Assembly: GCA_035476575.1 (NCBI GenBank)
Contig: DATILL010000065.1
Coordinates: forward strand, 49,149 to 113,148
Source of the DNA: Mycobacteriales bacterium
Lineage (GTDB): Bacteria > Actinomycetota > Actinomycetes > Mycobacteriales > JACQDL01
Direction: 5' to 3'
DNA: 64,000 bases
Shown: in pieces, positions 52,150 to 62,768 of the stretch
Layout of the letters: each line of letters begins with the position of its first letter
Position numbering within the stretch: the stretch's first letter is position 1
The notes under the pieces: model-generated
Told to the model about the DNA's origin: nothing
Seen by the model: only the letters and a program-made list of their open reading frames with translations
Databases searched by the model: none
Translations under genes and position numbers: made by a program

Positions 52150-52900
52150 ACGCCAGCCGAGCATCACCCGGCCCGTCGAGCTGGGCGTGTTCGAGGACGG
52201 CGAACCAGCCCGGGTGCTGCTGCTGCGCCGGCACACCCTGATCGGTGGGGCGACCGAGGCCGGCAAGTCCGGCGTCCTCAACGTCATCCTGGCTGCCCTG
52301 ACCCGGCTGCCCGGATGTGGTGGTGTGGGGCATCGACCTCAAAGCAGGGATGGAGCTACGCCCCTGGGCCGGCTGCCTGCAACGGCTGGCCACCACCCCC
52401 GACCAAGCCCAGAGCCTCCTCGCCCAAGCCGTGACCGAGCTCGACCGCCGTGCCGCACTGCTGGCCGAGACCGGCCACCGGCAGTGGACCCCGACCCCGG
52501 ACACGCCCGCGCTGGTCATCCTCATCGACGAGTACGCCGAGCTCGGCGAGCCCGCCCGCCAGCACGCCGACTCCCTCGCCCGACGCGGCCGAGCCGTCGC
52601 CGTGACCCTGCTGGCCGCGACCCAACGCCCGACACAGGCCGCGATGGGCCACGGCGCCACCCGCTCCCAGATGGACGCCCGGATCTGCCTACGCGTCCGA
52701 GAACGCAGAGACACCGACCTGATCCTCGGCCAAGGCGCGCACACCGCAGGCTGGCACGCCGTCCACGCCGCCGTCGAGGCACTGCCACCCCTCACCGACG
52801 AACACAACCTGACCCGACACCACCACCCGGGTGCCCGCATCCCAACAGGAGCGCGGGCACCCGCACATCACCTCTACACCACCTATCACTGCACCTAATT
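52150..52900 (+). pseudogene. FtsK/SpoIIIE-family (TraB/TraSA-like) conjugative DNA translocase remnant
   Basis: Walker A is LIGGATEAGKSGVLN and Walker B is ALVILIDEYAEL. The LLAATQRP motif is present. A frameshift lies at about 52305-52312 (extra C in ctgcccggatg). The N-terminal membrane part and the C-terminus are missing. Confidence 0.75.
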
Positions 52901-52924
52901 CGACACTTAACGCAGGCAACATGA

Positions 52925-53003
52925 GGTGACCACAGCGCCGACAGGTCACCACACGGGCGCTGCGGGCAACGACAGGTGACCACAACGCCGAGAGGTGACC
53001 ACA
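52925..53003. repeat. Array of four GGTSACCACA sites (two 19-bp doublets, 50 bp apart), directly downstream of the TraB-like remnant
   Basis: The cores lie at 52925, 52944, 52975 and 52994. The string gggcaacgacaGGTGACCACAACGCCg is identical to 54-80 at the left end of the window. Confidence 0.75.
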
Positions 53004-53016
53004 GGGGAGGGCGGAG

Positions 53017-54588
53017 TTGTCGGTGCCCGGGCGGATGATGCGTCTCGTGCTGCTACACGACGTCGCCGCGACCTCGGAGTCGGTCGCCGCATCGAGCTCC
53101 AGGCTGGCCAAGATCGATGCGCTGGCGGCCTGCCTGCGCCGGCTGGCACCGGGCGAGATCGCTCCCGCGGTGGCTTACCTGGCTGGCGAGCTCCGGCAGC
53201 GGCAGATCGGCGTCGGCTGGGCGGCGTTGCGTGACCTGCCTGGGCCGGCGGCCGAGCCGGGCCTGACGGTCGCCGAGGTGGATGCGGCCTGCGGGGTCAT
53301 CGGCGCGCTGGCCGGCCCCGGCTCGCAGGCCGAACGGCGGCGCGGGCTGGCCGAGCTGTTCGGCCGGGCCACCGAGAGGGAGCAGCGGTTCCTGCGCGCC
53401 CTGCTAACCGGCGAGCTGCGGCAGGGCGCGCTGGAGGGGGTGATGGCGGACGCGGTAGCTCGGGCGGCCGACCTGCCGGCTGCCGCGGTCCGCCGGGCGG
53501 TGCTGCTACGCGGCGACCTGCACGCGGTGGCCGAAGCGGCGCTGACCGGAGGCGCGGCCGGGCTGGCGGCGTTCCGGCCGCGGATCGGGCAGCCGCTGCG
53601 GCCGATGCTGGCCCAGCCGGCCGACGACGTCGACGCCGCGCTGGCCCGGGCTGGCGGTGGTGCGGCCGGCGTGGAGCAGAAGCTGGACGGCGTGCGGATC
53701 CAGGTGCACCGGTCGGGGGCGGACGCGGCGGTGTTCACCCGCAGCCTGGACGACATCACCGACCGGGTGCCGGAGGTGGTCGAGGCCACGCTGGCGCTGC
53801 CGGCCGGCGCGCTGATCCTGGACGGCGAGGCAATCGCGCTGCGGGCCGACGGCCGGCCACTGCCGTTCCAGGTGACCGCCGGCCGGGTCGGCAGCCGCGG
53901 TGAGACCGACCGGCTGCGCGCGGCGGTGCCGCTGTCTCCGGTGTTCTTCGACATCCTGCACGCCGACGGTGCCGACCTGCTGGACGAGCCGGGCGAGCTC
54001 CGGGTGGCCGCGCTGGCCGGGATCGTGCCGGAGCCGCTGCGGATCGGCCGGATCGTGGCCAACGGCGTCGAGCCGGCCCGTGCGTTCCTTGCCGAGGCAC
54101 TGCGGCACGGGCACGAGGGGGTGGTGGTCAAGTCGCTGGCCACGCCGTACGAGGCAGGTCGGCGAGGCGGCGGCTGGCTCAAGGTCAAGCCGAGGCACAC
54201 GCTCGATCTCGTGGTGCTGGCCGCCGAGTGGGGGCACGGCCGGCGCCGCGGCTGGCTGTCCAACCTGCATCTGGGCGCGCGGGACACGGCCGGGCCAGGG
54301 TTCGTGATGCTGGGCAAGACGTTCAAGGGGCTGACCGACCAGATGCTGGCGTGGCAGACCGAGCGGCTGCGTGAGCTGGCCGTGACACCGCTCGACCAAT
54401 GGGTCGTCCAGGTCCGGCCGGAGCTGGTGGTGGAGATCGCCTTCGACGGCGTGCAGCGCTCGCCGAGGTACCCGGGCGGGCTGGCCCTGCGGTTCGCCCG
54501 GGTGAAGGGCTACCGCACTGACAAGTCAGCCGCCGACGCAGACACGATTGACATGGTGCGGGCCATCCATGCCGCCGGGCGTGCATGA
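53017..54588 (+). CDS. ATP-dependent DNA ligase (three-domain LigB type)
   Basis: The adenylation motif I is [28 protein letters not shown] and an OB-fold C-terminus are present. The start may be ATG 53035 or 53038. Confidence 0.85.
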   Translation: MSVPGRMMRLVLLHDVAATSESVAASSSRLAKIDALAACLRRLAPGEIAPAVAYLAGELRQRQIGVGWAALRDLPGPAAEPGLTVAEVDAACGVIGALAGPGSQAERRRGLAELFGRATEREQRFLRALLTGELRQGALEGVMADAVARAADLPAAAVRRAVLLRGDLHAVAEAALTGGAAGLAAFRPRIGQPLRPMLAQPADDVDAALARAGGGAAGVEQKLDGVRIQVHRSGADAAVFTRSLDDITDRVPEVVEATLALPAGALILDGEAIALRADGRPLPFQVTAGRVGSRGETDRLRAAVPLSPVFFDILHADGADLLDEPGELRVAALAGIVPEPLRIGRIVANGVEPARAFLAEALRHGHEGVVVKSLATPYEAGRRGGGWLKVKPRHTLDLVVLAAEWGHGRRRGWLSNLHLGARDTAGPGFVMLGKTFKGLTDQMLAWQTERLRELAVTPLDQWVVQVRPELVVEIAFDGVQRSPRYPGGLALRFARVKGYRTDKSAADADTIDMVRAIHAAGRA

Positions 54589-54600
54589 CCGGCACGCAGC

Positions 54601-55458
54601 TCAGCCGTAGCGGGCGGTCATCACGCTGTCGCCGGAGTACGCCGGGTTGCCGTCGTCTTTCTCGTAGCTGATCTCGACCGTGGTGTAGCCGGAGACCAGC
54701 GAGTCGCTCAGCACATACTGGTTGGACGTGCTCGGCGTCAGCACTCCGACCGGCAGCAGCTTGGGCGTGCCGGCCCCGCCATTGATCAGCCACACCTCGT
54801 AAAAGCGGCCGCGCGGTGCCGCATTCAGGTTGTGTGCGTCGATGGTCATCGTCGAGCCGCGCATGGTCACGGTGCCGGTCGCGGTCCACGTGCCGACCGG
54901 CCGCATCGCGACCTCGCGGGCCGACCCGTCCGGGCCCGGCCGGTGGATCAGCGTGGCCGCTCCGATCCCGCCGACCAACAACACCGCGGCGGCCGCGGCC
55001 GACCACCAGCCACGCCGGCTCGGCTGCCGTGCGCCGGCCAGGCGCCGGTCGCGTGTCGGCGCCCGCGCGGTGGCCGCCCCTGTGGCCGGCGCGTTGCCCG
55101 GGGCGCTCTCGGAGGCGCCCTCGGCCCATCCGTCGAGCTCGCTCCGCTGGACAGGCACGCCCCATTGGTTGGCGTCCTCGGACCGGGTGAGCAGGCTGCC
55201 GGCCTCCGTACCGACCCCGCCGCCGGTGATCTCAGCGAGGAGTCGTGAAGGGTCCGGCAAGACCACCTCAGACTGGGTGATGACCTCCGGCGCGAACCGG
55301 GCAGCCGAGCGCACCGACGCGGACGCGACCGCGACCACGACCAGATCCTGCCGGCAGTCGTCGCAGCTCCGCAGGTGCGCGGCGAGCTGCGCCGTGGCCG
55401 ACCGGTCCAGCTCGCCAGCGAGCAGTCCCGGCAGGTCGTCGAAGACATGGTCGGTCAG
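54601..55458 (-). CDS. Anti-sigma factor (zf-HC2 N-terminus, one TM, RskA-like extracytoplasmic domain)
   Basis: The conserved N-terminus LTDHVFDDLPGLLAGELDRSATAQLAAHLRSCDDCRQDL lies upstream of the tracked GTG 55338. It contains no ATG, GTG or TTG codon. The only candidate start is CTG 55458, which overlaps the sigma gene stop. Confidence 0.7.
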   Translation of the reverse strand: MTDHVFDDLPGLLAGELDRSATAQLAAHLRSCDDCRQDLVVVAVASASVRSAARFAPEVITQSEVVLPDPSRLLAEITGGGVGTEAGSLLTRSEDANQWGVPVQRSELDGWAEGASESAPGNAPATGAATARAPTRDRRLAGARQPSRRGWWSAAAAAVLLVGGIGAATLIHRPGPDGSAREVAMRPVGTWTATGTVTMRGSTMTIDAHNLNAAPRGRFYEVWLINGGAGTPKLLPVGVLTPSTSNQYVLSDSLVSGYTTVEISYEKDDGNPAYSGDSVMTARYG

Positions 55459-55997
55459 GGCACGCCCCCTTTCTCCTCGAGCAGGCCAGCGAGCCGTTGC
55501 ATGCCGCGCGACATCCTGGTCTTCACCGTACCAATCGGGATGCCGAGCTTCCGGGCGATCTCGGCTTGAGTGTGCCGTTCGAAGTACGCGAGGACCAGCA
55601 CCTCCCGCTGCGGCGGCGGCAGCATGGCCAGCGCCCGGCGTACGTCGATCGCCCAGGCATAGCGTTCGGCGATCTCCCGACCGTCATCGCCGGTCAGCTC
55701 CCGCATCTCGTCCAGGGCTACGACGCCCTGCGGTCGCGCGCGCAGGTGGTCGATGGCCCGCTTGCGAGCGATGCCGAGGACCCACCCGTGCAGGCTCCTG
55801 CCGGGGTCGAAACGGTCCTGATGCCGCCAGACCTCGATGAAGACCCGCTGCAGCACGTCCTCGGCCTCGCTCGGTGAGACGTAGCGGCGCAGGTAGGACA
55901 GCACCAGCGGCCCGAGCTGCCGGTAGCAGTCCTCCAGGGCGGACAGCTCGCCGTGGGCGAGTCGCACGCCGATCGCATGCAGCACCGATGAGTCCAC
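55455..55997 (-). CDS. ECF-family RNA polymerase sigma factor (SigK-like by its partner)
   Basis: The sigma-2 region is VLQRVFIEVWRH and the sigma-4 region is QREVLVLAYFERHTQAEIARKLGIPIGTVKTRMSRGM. Confidence 0.85.
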   Translation of the reverse strand: MDSSVLHAIGVRLAHGELSALEDCYRQLGPLVLSYLRRYVSPSEAEDVLQRVFIEVWRHQDRFDPGRSLHGWVLGIARKRAIDHLRARPQGVVALDEMRELTGDDGREIAERYAWAIDVRRALAMLPPPQREVLVLAYFERHTQAEIARKLGIPIGTVKTRMSRGMQRLAGLLEEKGGVP

Positions 55998-56071
55998 GAC
56001 TCCCTATCGTGGCCGTTGCGCGGCCTGTGGGCCACCCGTGGCCGGGCGGTCGGCGGCTGGGCCGCCTGCGA

Positions 56072-56503
56072 TCAGGATGTGGACAGCTCCCGGTCCGCGG
56101 CCAGCCCGATGCCGAGCAGGACCAGCGCGCTGCCAAAGTGCAGGACGTTGTCGAACCCGTTCAGCGCCAGGATGTTCGCCGAGTTGTCCAGGATAAACAG
56201 ACCGATGACGCCAACGAACAGGTAGATGGCGCCCACCAGGGTGTTGACGGCGCGGGAGAGCCCCAGGCCGGCGTACGCGGCCCCGGCGAGCAGCACGCCG
56301 ACCAAGATGTGCACCAGGTTGTGGAGCGGGTTGATCTCAAACAGCCCGAGCAGCTTGTTGCCGTGGTGGGCGGCAAAGTCGGTGCCACCGGTGACGGTGA
56401 ACCCGACTAGGCCCACGAGCAGGTAGACCACGCCAAGAACCATGCCGACGAGGGTGTTGACGGACCGCGTTGCGGCGCCGCCCTTTGCGGTGCGGGTAGT
56501 CAT
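56072..56503 (-). CDS. DUF4383-like small membrane protein
   Basis: 143-aa ORF with four hydrophobic segments and the INPLHNLVH / DNVLHFG His motifs typical of the family. Confidence 0.6.
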   Translation of the reverse strand: MTTRTAKGGAATRSVNTLVGMVLGVVYLLVGLVGFTVTGGTDFAAHHGNKLLGLFEINPLHNLVHILVGVLLAGAAYAGLGLSRAVNTLVGAIYLFVGVIGLFILDNSANILALNGFDNVLHFGSALVLLGIGLAADRELSTS

Positions 56504-56699
56504 CTGGGCCTCCGCGGAGTTGGTTTCGCTACACCGACGTATTCGGTGTCGGGCTGGTGCCTGGTTCCCAGTTCGCCGACTTTTCCGCCGGATCGAAACC
56601 CTGGCAGCACCACGCCGTTCCCGAGCGCGGCCGCCGAGCGTGGCCCCCTCCGAGCATGGCCCCCCGAGCGCGGCATGGTGCTACCAGCTCCGCTCGGCA

Positions 56700-57593
56700 T
56701 CACTCGGTACGGCGGAACTCCAGGATGGCGACGCCGAGCATCGCCAGGCCGAGCATCGCGACGATCAGCACCTCCAGCGACGCCGGCACCGCCCAGCCGT
56801 TCCAGGTGACGCCCCGGCCGAGCGCCTCGTGCACCGCCGGGCTGACCGCGAGGTGGCCGAACACCGCGTGCCGCATGGGGTCGACGGCGTACGTCATCGG
56901 GTTGACCCGGGTCAGCACCGCCAGCCAGGTCGGCAGGTTGGCCAGCGGGAACAGCGCGCCGGACAGGAACATCATCGGCATCATGGCGATCTGCATCACG
57001 CCCATGAACGCCTGGATGCTCTTGATCCGGGCTGCCAGCACCACCCCGAACGCGGTCAGCATGAACGCCGCCAGGAACATCTCCCCGGCGAGGGTGAGCA
57101 GCAGCATGGGTGAGTAGGGCACCCCGGCCAGCCCGGCCAGGCCCAGGATGACCAACCCCTGCAGGGTGGCGATCAGCGCCCCGCCGAGCGTCTTGCCGAC
57201 CACGATCGTGGCCCGGCTGATCGGCGCCACCAGCATCTCGCGCAGGAAGCCGAACTCACGATCCCAGACGATCGAGGCGGCCGAGAACAGCGCGGTGAAC
57301 ATCGTCGACATGGCCACCACGCCGGGGAAGATGAAGGTGCGCAGGTTCAGCCCGCCGGAGCCGCGGGCGACCAGCGCGGACAGCCCGGTGCCGAGCACCA
57401 GCAGCCACAACAGCGGCTGGACCAGGCTGGTGACCAGCCTGGTCCGGTCCCACCAGAACCGGATCAGCTCGCGCTGGACCAGGATCTTCACCCCGCGCAG
57501 GTCATGCCGCAGGCTGCGCTCCGGGACGCTGACCCGGACCACCGTCCCGCTGCTGAGCTCCTCGTTCACAAGCTGGCTGACCATCTCACTCAC
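56700..57593 (-). CDS. ABC-2 type transporter permease
   Basis: 297-aa ORF with six TM segments. Its start overlaps the stop of the upstream ATPase gene. Confidence 0.8.
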   Translation of the reverse strand: MSEMVSQLVNEELSSGTVVRVSVPERSLRHDLRGVKILVQRELIRFWWDRTRLVTSLVQPLLWLLVLGTGLSALVARGSGGLNLRTFIFPGVVAMSTMFTALFSAASIVWDREFGFLREMLVAPISRATIVVGKTLGGALIATLQGLVILGLAGLAGVPYSPMLLLTLAGEMFLAAFMLTAFGVVLAARIKSIQAFMGVMQIAMMPMMFLSGALFPLANLPTWLAVLTRVNPMTYAVDPMRHAVFGHLAVSPAVHEALGRGVTWNGWAVPASLEVLIVAMLGLAMLGVAILEFRRTE

Positions 57594-58624
57594 CTCCGCG
57601 CGAAGTGGCGCATGATGTCCCTGCCGGACGCGGCCTCGGCGTCGCGGATGGTGTTGCCGGTGTAGGACATGAACACGTCGTCCAGCGATGGCCGGGCCAC
57701 GCTCACCGACCTGATCGGTACGCCGAGCTCGGCGAACAGCTTCGGTACGAACTCCTCCCCGGAGGCCACCGAGAAGGTCACCGCGCCCTCGTGCACGGCC
57801 GCCGGCAACCCGAAGTGGTCGGCCAGCGCGGTGATGGCGGCGGCGTCGTCCACGGTGCTGATCTGCACCCGGTCCTTGCCGACCGAGGCCTTCAGTGCCT
57901 CCGGGGTGTCCAGCACCACGATCTGACCCTGGTCGATGATCGCGATCCGGTCGCAGTACTCGGCCTCGTCCATGTAGTGCGTGGTGAGGAAGATGGTGAT
58001 GTCCTCGGTCGCCTTCAGCTCGTTGATGTAGCCCCAGATCGCCGAGCGGGTCTGCGGGTCGAGGCCGACCGTCGGCTCGTCCAGGAACAGCACCCGGGGC
58101 GAGTGCAGCAGGCCGCGGGCGATCTCCAGCCGCCGCTTCATGCCGCCGGAGAAGGTCTCCACCCGGTCGGTGCGGCGGTCCCAGAGGTTGACCATCGTCA
58201 GCACCTGGCGCAGCCGGTCGGGCACCACCTCGCGCGGGACGCCGTACAGCTCGGCGTGGAAGCGCAGGTTCAGCTCGGCGGTGAGGTAGGTGTCGACGGT
58301 CGGGTCCTGGAAGACCAGCCCGATGTTGCGCCGGACGTCGTCCCGCTCGGTCACCACGTCATAGCCGGCCACGGTGGCGGACCCGGCGGTGGGCATCGCG
58401 AGCGTACAGAGGATCTTGATGGTGGTGGACTTGCCGGCGCCGTTCGGCCCGAGAAAGCCGAACGTCTCGCCCGGCGTGACATCGAAGTCGATGCCGCGTA
58501 CCGCCTCGATCTCGCCGTACCGCTTGACCAGCCCGCGGACCGACACTGCTGTGAGCGGTTGAGCCGGCGGCGCGGTCGGCGTCCCGGCTGTGTTGGTGGC
58601 GGCTATGGCGGCTGCCTCCGTCAT
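57590..58624 (-). CDS. ABC transporter ATP-binding protein (DrrA-like exporter ATPase)
   Basis: Walker A is GPNGAGKST, the signature is FSGGMKRRLEIA and Walker B is LFLDEPTVGLD. Confidence 0.9.
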   Translation of the reverse strand: MTEAAAIAATNTAGTPTAPPAQPLTAVSVRGLVKRYGEIEAVRGIDFDVTPGETFGFLGPNGAGKSTTIKILCTLAMPTAGSATVAGYDVVTERDDVRRNIGLVFQDPTVDTYLTAELNLRFHAELYGVPREVVPDRLRQVLTMVNLWDRRTDRVETFSGGMKRRLEIARGLLHSPRVLFLDEPTVGLDPQTRSAIWGYINELKATEDITIFLTTHYMDEAEYCDRIAIIDQGQIVVLDTPEALKASVGKDRVQISTVDDAAAITALADHFGLPAAVHEGAVTFSVASGEEFVPKLFAELGVPIRSVSVARPSLDDVFMSYTGNTIRDAEAASGRDIMRHFARR

Positions 58625-58760
58625 GCTTTCCCTCCCCAGAATGATGGGATGCTCCCACGGTAGAAATGACGCCGTCGGCGGGTCAAGGGATTTGGCGACT
58701 ATCGGACAGATATTCGTGGGTGACTCCCATCATCGCGCCGGCTCGCCTATCATTGGCGGT

Positions 58761-59276
58761 ATGGAGCCAGCGGAGGTGTTGGCGTGCGCGGCAGCGCCCG
58801 AGCGCCTGCTGCGGAACCCCGTCTTCCTGATGGCGCAGATCGTCCGGCTGGCCCGGCGGCGCGCCGCCACCGGCCACGAGGCCGTGCATCGGCTGCCGCG
58901 CTACGCCGTGCTCGCCGTGCTCGCCGAGTTCGGCCCGTGCTCGCAGCGTGGGGTCAGCGACCGGCTGCGGATCGACCCGAGCGACCTGGTGGACGTGATC
59001 GACGCGATCGAGCGGGACGGTCACCTGGTGCGCGAGCGTGACCCCCGGGACCGGCGGCGCTACACGGTGCGGATCACCCCGGCCGGCCGGCGCGCGCTGC
59101 GGGCTACCGACGAGCGCTCGCGGGACTGGCAGCAGAAGTTCTTCGAGCCGCTGTCCACGGCCGAGCTGGAGACCCTGCGCGACCTGCTGGCCAGGCTGTA
59201 CGCCCACCACTCCTGCTGTGACGATCATCGAGCCGCTGGGACTGTTGGAGATCAACAAGGCACAATGACCCGGTGA
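58761..59276 (+). CDS. MarR-family transcriptional regulator
   Basis: The winged-helix block is YAVLAVLAEFGPCSQRGVSDRLRIDPSDLVDVIDAIERDGHLVRERDPRDRRRYTVRITPAGR. The gene is divergent from the ABC exporter. Its C-terminal codons run through the degenerate hairpin-element copy D. Confidence 0.8.
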   Translation: MEPAEVLACAAAPERLLRNPVFLMAQIVRLARRRAATGHEAVHRLPRYAVLAVLAEFGPCSQRGVSDRLRIDPSDLVDVIDAIERDGHLVRERDPRDRRRYTVRITPAGRRALRATDERSRDWQQKFFEPLSTAELETLRDLLARLYAHHSCCDDHRAAGTVGDQQGTMTR

Positions 59277-62026
59277 TCGACAGCTCCGGGGACCGCGACC
59301 CGGCGGACGCCGACCCGGCCCGGTGGGTGGACCCTTTCATCGGCACCCGGCCGGGCGGGCTCGACTTCGGCCATGGCGGCGGCGCCGCGAACACGTTCCC
59401 CGGCGCGACCACGCCGTTCGGCATGGTGCAGTGGAGCCCGGACACCGAGACCTACCAGCACGGCGGGTACCACTACGACGACAACCGGATCAAGGGCTTC
59501 AGCCTGACCCACCTGTCCGGGCCAGGCTGTGGTGACCTGGGCAACCTGCCGTTCCTGCCGGTGCTGGGCCGGGTGGCGCCGTATCTGCGGTTCAGGCACG
59601 AGAACGAGCGGGCCGAGCCGGGCTACTACCGGGTCGCCCTGGACAACGGCGTCAGCGTGGAGCTGACCGCGACCACCCGGTCTGGCCTGGCCCGGATCCG
59701 GTACCCGGCCAGCCGGCCACGCCGGCAGCGGGCCGGGCTTGTGGTGGACGCCGGGGCCGCCGTCAACCCGGCGACCGGCCGGGTCGACATCCGCGGCCGC
59801 GAGCTGTCCGGGTGGACCGAGTCCGGCGGGTTCTGCGGCACCGGCAACCGGTACACGCTGTACTTCCACGCCGAGCTGGACACCGACTTCGCCAGCAGTG
59901 GAGACGGCGAGCCACGGGTCGAGCTGGACCTCGGCGCCGCCGAGACCGTGACCATGCGGGTCGGGCTGTCCTATGTGGACGCCGCCGCGGCTGGCCGAAA
60001 CCTCGCCGCCGAGCAAGGCGGCGACCCCGGGAGCCCCAACCCTGGGAGCCCCAACCCTGGAGGCCGTAGCGACTTCGCGGCGGTCCGGACCGCTGCCCGG
60101 CAGCGGTGGAACGAGCTGTTGTCCCGGATCGCCGTGGCCGGCGGCACCGACGAGCGGCGGACCGTCTTCTACACCGCGCTCTACCACGCCCTGCTGCACC
60201 CCAACGTGTTCAGCGACGTGGACGGGCGGTACATCGGCTTCGACGGGCAGGTCCACACCGTGCCGGCCGGCCACGCGCAGTACGCCAACTTCTCCGGCTG
60301 GGACGTCTACCGCTCCCAGGTGCAGCTCATCGCCCTGCTCGACCCGGCGCTGGCCGCCGACATCGCGCAGTCGGCGGTCAACCAGGCCGAGCACGGCGGC
60401 TACTGGGACCGCTGGACTATCGCCAACGGCGGCACCGGAGTGATGGTCGGCGACCCCATGCAGATCATCGTGGCCAGCATCTACGCCTTCGGCGGTACCG
60501 CGTTCGACGCGCCGCGGGCGCTGCGGCTGATGGAGCGCGGCAGCACCGACGAGCGGGAGCGGCCCGGCCAGGCCCGGTACGAGGCGATGGGCTACCTGCC
60601 GGCCGGCGCGGGCGGCGTGTGGGGCTCAGTGTCCACCGCGCTGGAGTACGGCGCCGCCGACCTCGCCGTCGCCCAGCTTGCCCGGCGGCTCGGCGAGCCG
60701 GCGACGGCCGAGCGGTTCCAGTGGCGGGCGCAGCGGTGGCGGCATCTGGTCCGGCCCGGCTCGGGCTACCTCCAGCCACGGGCGGCGGACACCTCGTGGC
60801 CGCCGTTCAGCCCGACCCAGACCGCTGACTACGTCGAGGGCAACGCCGCGCAGTACGCCTTCAGCGTGCCGTGGAACGTGCGCGGGCTGTTCGACGCGCT
60901 GGGTGGCGACGAGGTGGTGCTACCCCGGCTGGAGGCGTTCTTCACCGAGCTGAACGCCGGCCCGGGCAAGCCCTACGCCTATCTCGGCAACGAGCCGACC
61001 CTGCATGTGCCCTGGCTGTTCGGCTACGCCGGCGCGGCGCACCGCACCCAGGACGTCGTCCGGCGGGTGGTCAGCACGATCTTCCGGGCCGCCCCGGACG
61101 GGCTGGTCGGCAACGACGACCTCGGCCAGATGTCGTCCTGGGCGGTGTGGGCGATGCTCGGCATGTACCCGCTGCTGCCCGGGCGGGCCGAGCTGGTGCT
61201 GGCCAGCCCGGAGTTTGAGCGGGCCACCGTCCGGCGCGGCGACGGCACGGTGATCGACATCCGGGCGCCCGGCGCGTCGGTCACCTGCCGGTACGTGCGT
61301 GGGCTGCGGGTGAACGGCCGGGAGTGGTCGCGGCCGTGGCTGCCGGAGTCGTTCGTGCTGGCCGGGGGCACGCTGGAGTACGAGCTGTCCGAGTGTCCCG
61401 AGCCGGGGTGGGGGAGCGCGGCGGAGGACGCGCCGCCGTCGTTCGACCACGTGGGCACGCCGGCTCCGCTGGCGTCGTACGCCGACAACGACAGCCGTGA
61501 CCTGGACCTGTTCGGCTGTGGGTACGCCGTGGCGGCGTTGCGGGCCGCCGGGGTGCGGCCGGGCGGGCAGGTCAGCGTCGGTGGGCTGGTCTACCCGGTG
61601 CCGGCCGGTCTGGCGGCTGGCGGACCGGACGGCGCTGGCCCTGACAACGTGCTGGCCTTCGGGCAGGAGGTGGACCTGGTCTGGGTGCCGGCTGGCGCGA
61701 CCCGGCTGGGCTTCCTGGGCGCGGCCACGCACGGGCCGTCGGCCGGGACGGTGCTGCTGCGGTACGCCGACGGTGTGGTGCGTCGGGCGCTGCTCGGCTT
61801 CCCCGACTGGACCCTGAACGGTGCCACGGCGGACCTCGAGTACGGTGCGGCCGTGGCCGCCCGGATGCCGTACCGCAGCGTCGGCAGCGAACGGGACATG
61901 ATCGCCAGCTACCTGTTCGGCAGTGCGCCGATCGCGCTGGACCCAGGCCGGCGGCCGGTCTCCGTCCGGCTGCCCTGGACGGTCGGGTCGGGCCGGCTGC
62001 ACGTGTTCGCGGTCAGCGCCGGGTGA
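59273..62026 (+). CDS. Glycoside hydrolase family 92 (alpha-mannosidase-like)
   Basis: 917-aa ORF with the blocks [23 protein letters not shown] and [18 protein letters not shown], characteristic of GH92. Confidence 0.8.
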   Translation: MIDSSGDRDPADADPARWVDPFIGTRPGGLDFGHGGGAANTFPGATTPFGMVQWSPDTETYQHGGYHYDDNRIKGFSLTHLSGPGCGDLGNLPFLPVLGRVAPYLRFRHENERAEPGYYRVALDNGVSVELTATTRSGLARIRYPASRPRRQRAGLVVDAGAAVNPATGRVDIRGRELSGWTESGGFCGTGNRYTLYFHAELDTDFASSGDGEPRVELDLGAAETVTMRVGLSYVDAAAAGRNLAAEQGGDPGSPNPGSPNPGGRSDFAAVRTAARQRWNELLSRIAVAGGTDERRTVFYTALYHALLHPNVFSDVDGRYIGFDGQVHTVPAGHAQYANFSGWDVYRSQVQLIALLDPALAADIAQSAVNQAEHGGYWDRWTIANGGTGVMVGDPMQIIVASIYAFGGTAFDAPRALRLMERGSTDERERPGQARYEAMGYLPAGAGGVWGSVSTALEYGAADLAVAQLARRLGEPATAERFQWRAQRWRHLVRPGSGYLQPRAADTSWPPFSPTQTADYVEGNAAQYAFSVPWNVRGLFDALGGDEVVLPRLEAFFTELNAGPGKPYAYLGNEPTLHVPWLFGYAGAAHRTQDVVRRVVSTIFRAAPDGLVGNDDLGQMSSWAVWAMLGMYPLLPGRAELVLASPEFERATVRRGDGTVIDIRAPGASVTCRYVRGLRVNGREWSRPWLPESFVLAGGTLEYELSECPEPGWGSAAEDAPPSFDHVGTPAPLASYADNDSRDLDLFGCGYAVAALRAAGVRPGGQVSVGGLVYPVPAGLAAGGPDGAGPDNVLAFGQEVDLVWVPAGATRLGFLGAATHGPSAGTVLLRYADGVVRRALLGFPDWTLNGATADLEYGAAVAARMPYRSVGSERDMIASYLFGSAPIALDPGRRPVSVRLPWTVGSGRLHVFAVSAG

Positions 62027-62433
62027 TCCGGCGAGGGCAGGGCTCGGTGCTGGCTGTGGTCGCGGCCGGCGGCGCGCTGGGCAGCGCGGCCCGGTACGGC
62101 GTGGCGGTGGCGTGGCCGCACCGGCCGGGCGGGTTCGCCTGGTCGACATTCTGCTGCAACGCGGTGGGCTGCCTGCTGATCGGCGTGCTGCTGGTGGCGG
62201 CGACCGAGGTGTGGTTGGCGCACCGGCTGATCCGGCCATTCCTCGGGGTGGGGGTGCTGGGCGGCTTCACGACGTTCTCCACCTATGTGGTCGACACCGC
62301 GGCGCTGGTGCGCGCCGGGCGGCCGGCGGTCGCGGCCGGCTACCTGCTGGGCACTGTGGTCACCGCCCTGGTCGGGGTGCAGGCTGGGGTGGTGCTCACG
62401 CGCCTCGCGGCGGGAAGGGGGCGGGCGGGATGA
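62023..62433 (+). CDS. crcB: Fluoride channel subunit CrcB/FluC (copy 1)
   Basis: 136-aa ORF with four TM segments and the GGFTTFSTY motif. Its start overlaps the GH92 stop. Confidence 0.85.
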   Translation: MIRRGQGSVLAVVAAGGALGSAARYGVAVAWPHRPGGFAWSTFCCNAVGCLLIGVLLVAATEVWLAHRLIRPFLGVGVLGGFTTFSTYVVDTAALVRAGRPAVAAGYLLGTVVTALVGVQAGVVLTRLAAGRGRAG

Positions 62434-62768
62434 GGCTGGCCGGGCGGGCGATCCGGTTGTCGATCTTCATCGGGGAGGACGACACCTGGCATCACACGCC
62501 GCTCCATCACGAGATCGTGCACCGGGCGCATGAAGCCGGGCTGGCCGGAGCGACCGTGCTGCGCGGCGTCGAGGGGTACGGCGCGTCCAGCCGCATCCAC
62601 ACCACCCGGCTCCTCAGCCTGTCCCAGAACCTGCCGCTGCTGATCGTGATCGTCGACGCCGAGGAGCGGGTCCGGGCCTTCCTGCCGCAGTTGGACGAGC
62701 TGGTCGGCGAGGGCATGGTGATCCTCGACGAGGTCGAGGTGATCCGCTACGTCGGCCGGGAGCGCTGA
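62430..62768 (+). CDS. DUF190 (PII-like) protein commonly linked to crcB
   Basis: The ATGA overlap with crcB is present. The sequence is [42 protein letters not shown]. Confidence 0.75.
   Translation: MRLAGRAIRLSIFIGEDDTWHHTPLHHEIVHRAHEAGLAGATVLRGVEGYGASSRIHTTRLLSLSQNLPLLIVIVDAEERVRAFLPQLDELVGEGMVILDEVEVIRYVGRER

Noticed and set aside
61990-62030. A fluoride riboswitch (crcB motif) upstream of crcB.
   Set aside because: The crcB start overlaps the GH92 stop, so there is no leader. None of the conserved crcB-motif sequence was seen in the preceding 200 nt.
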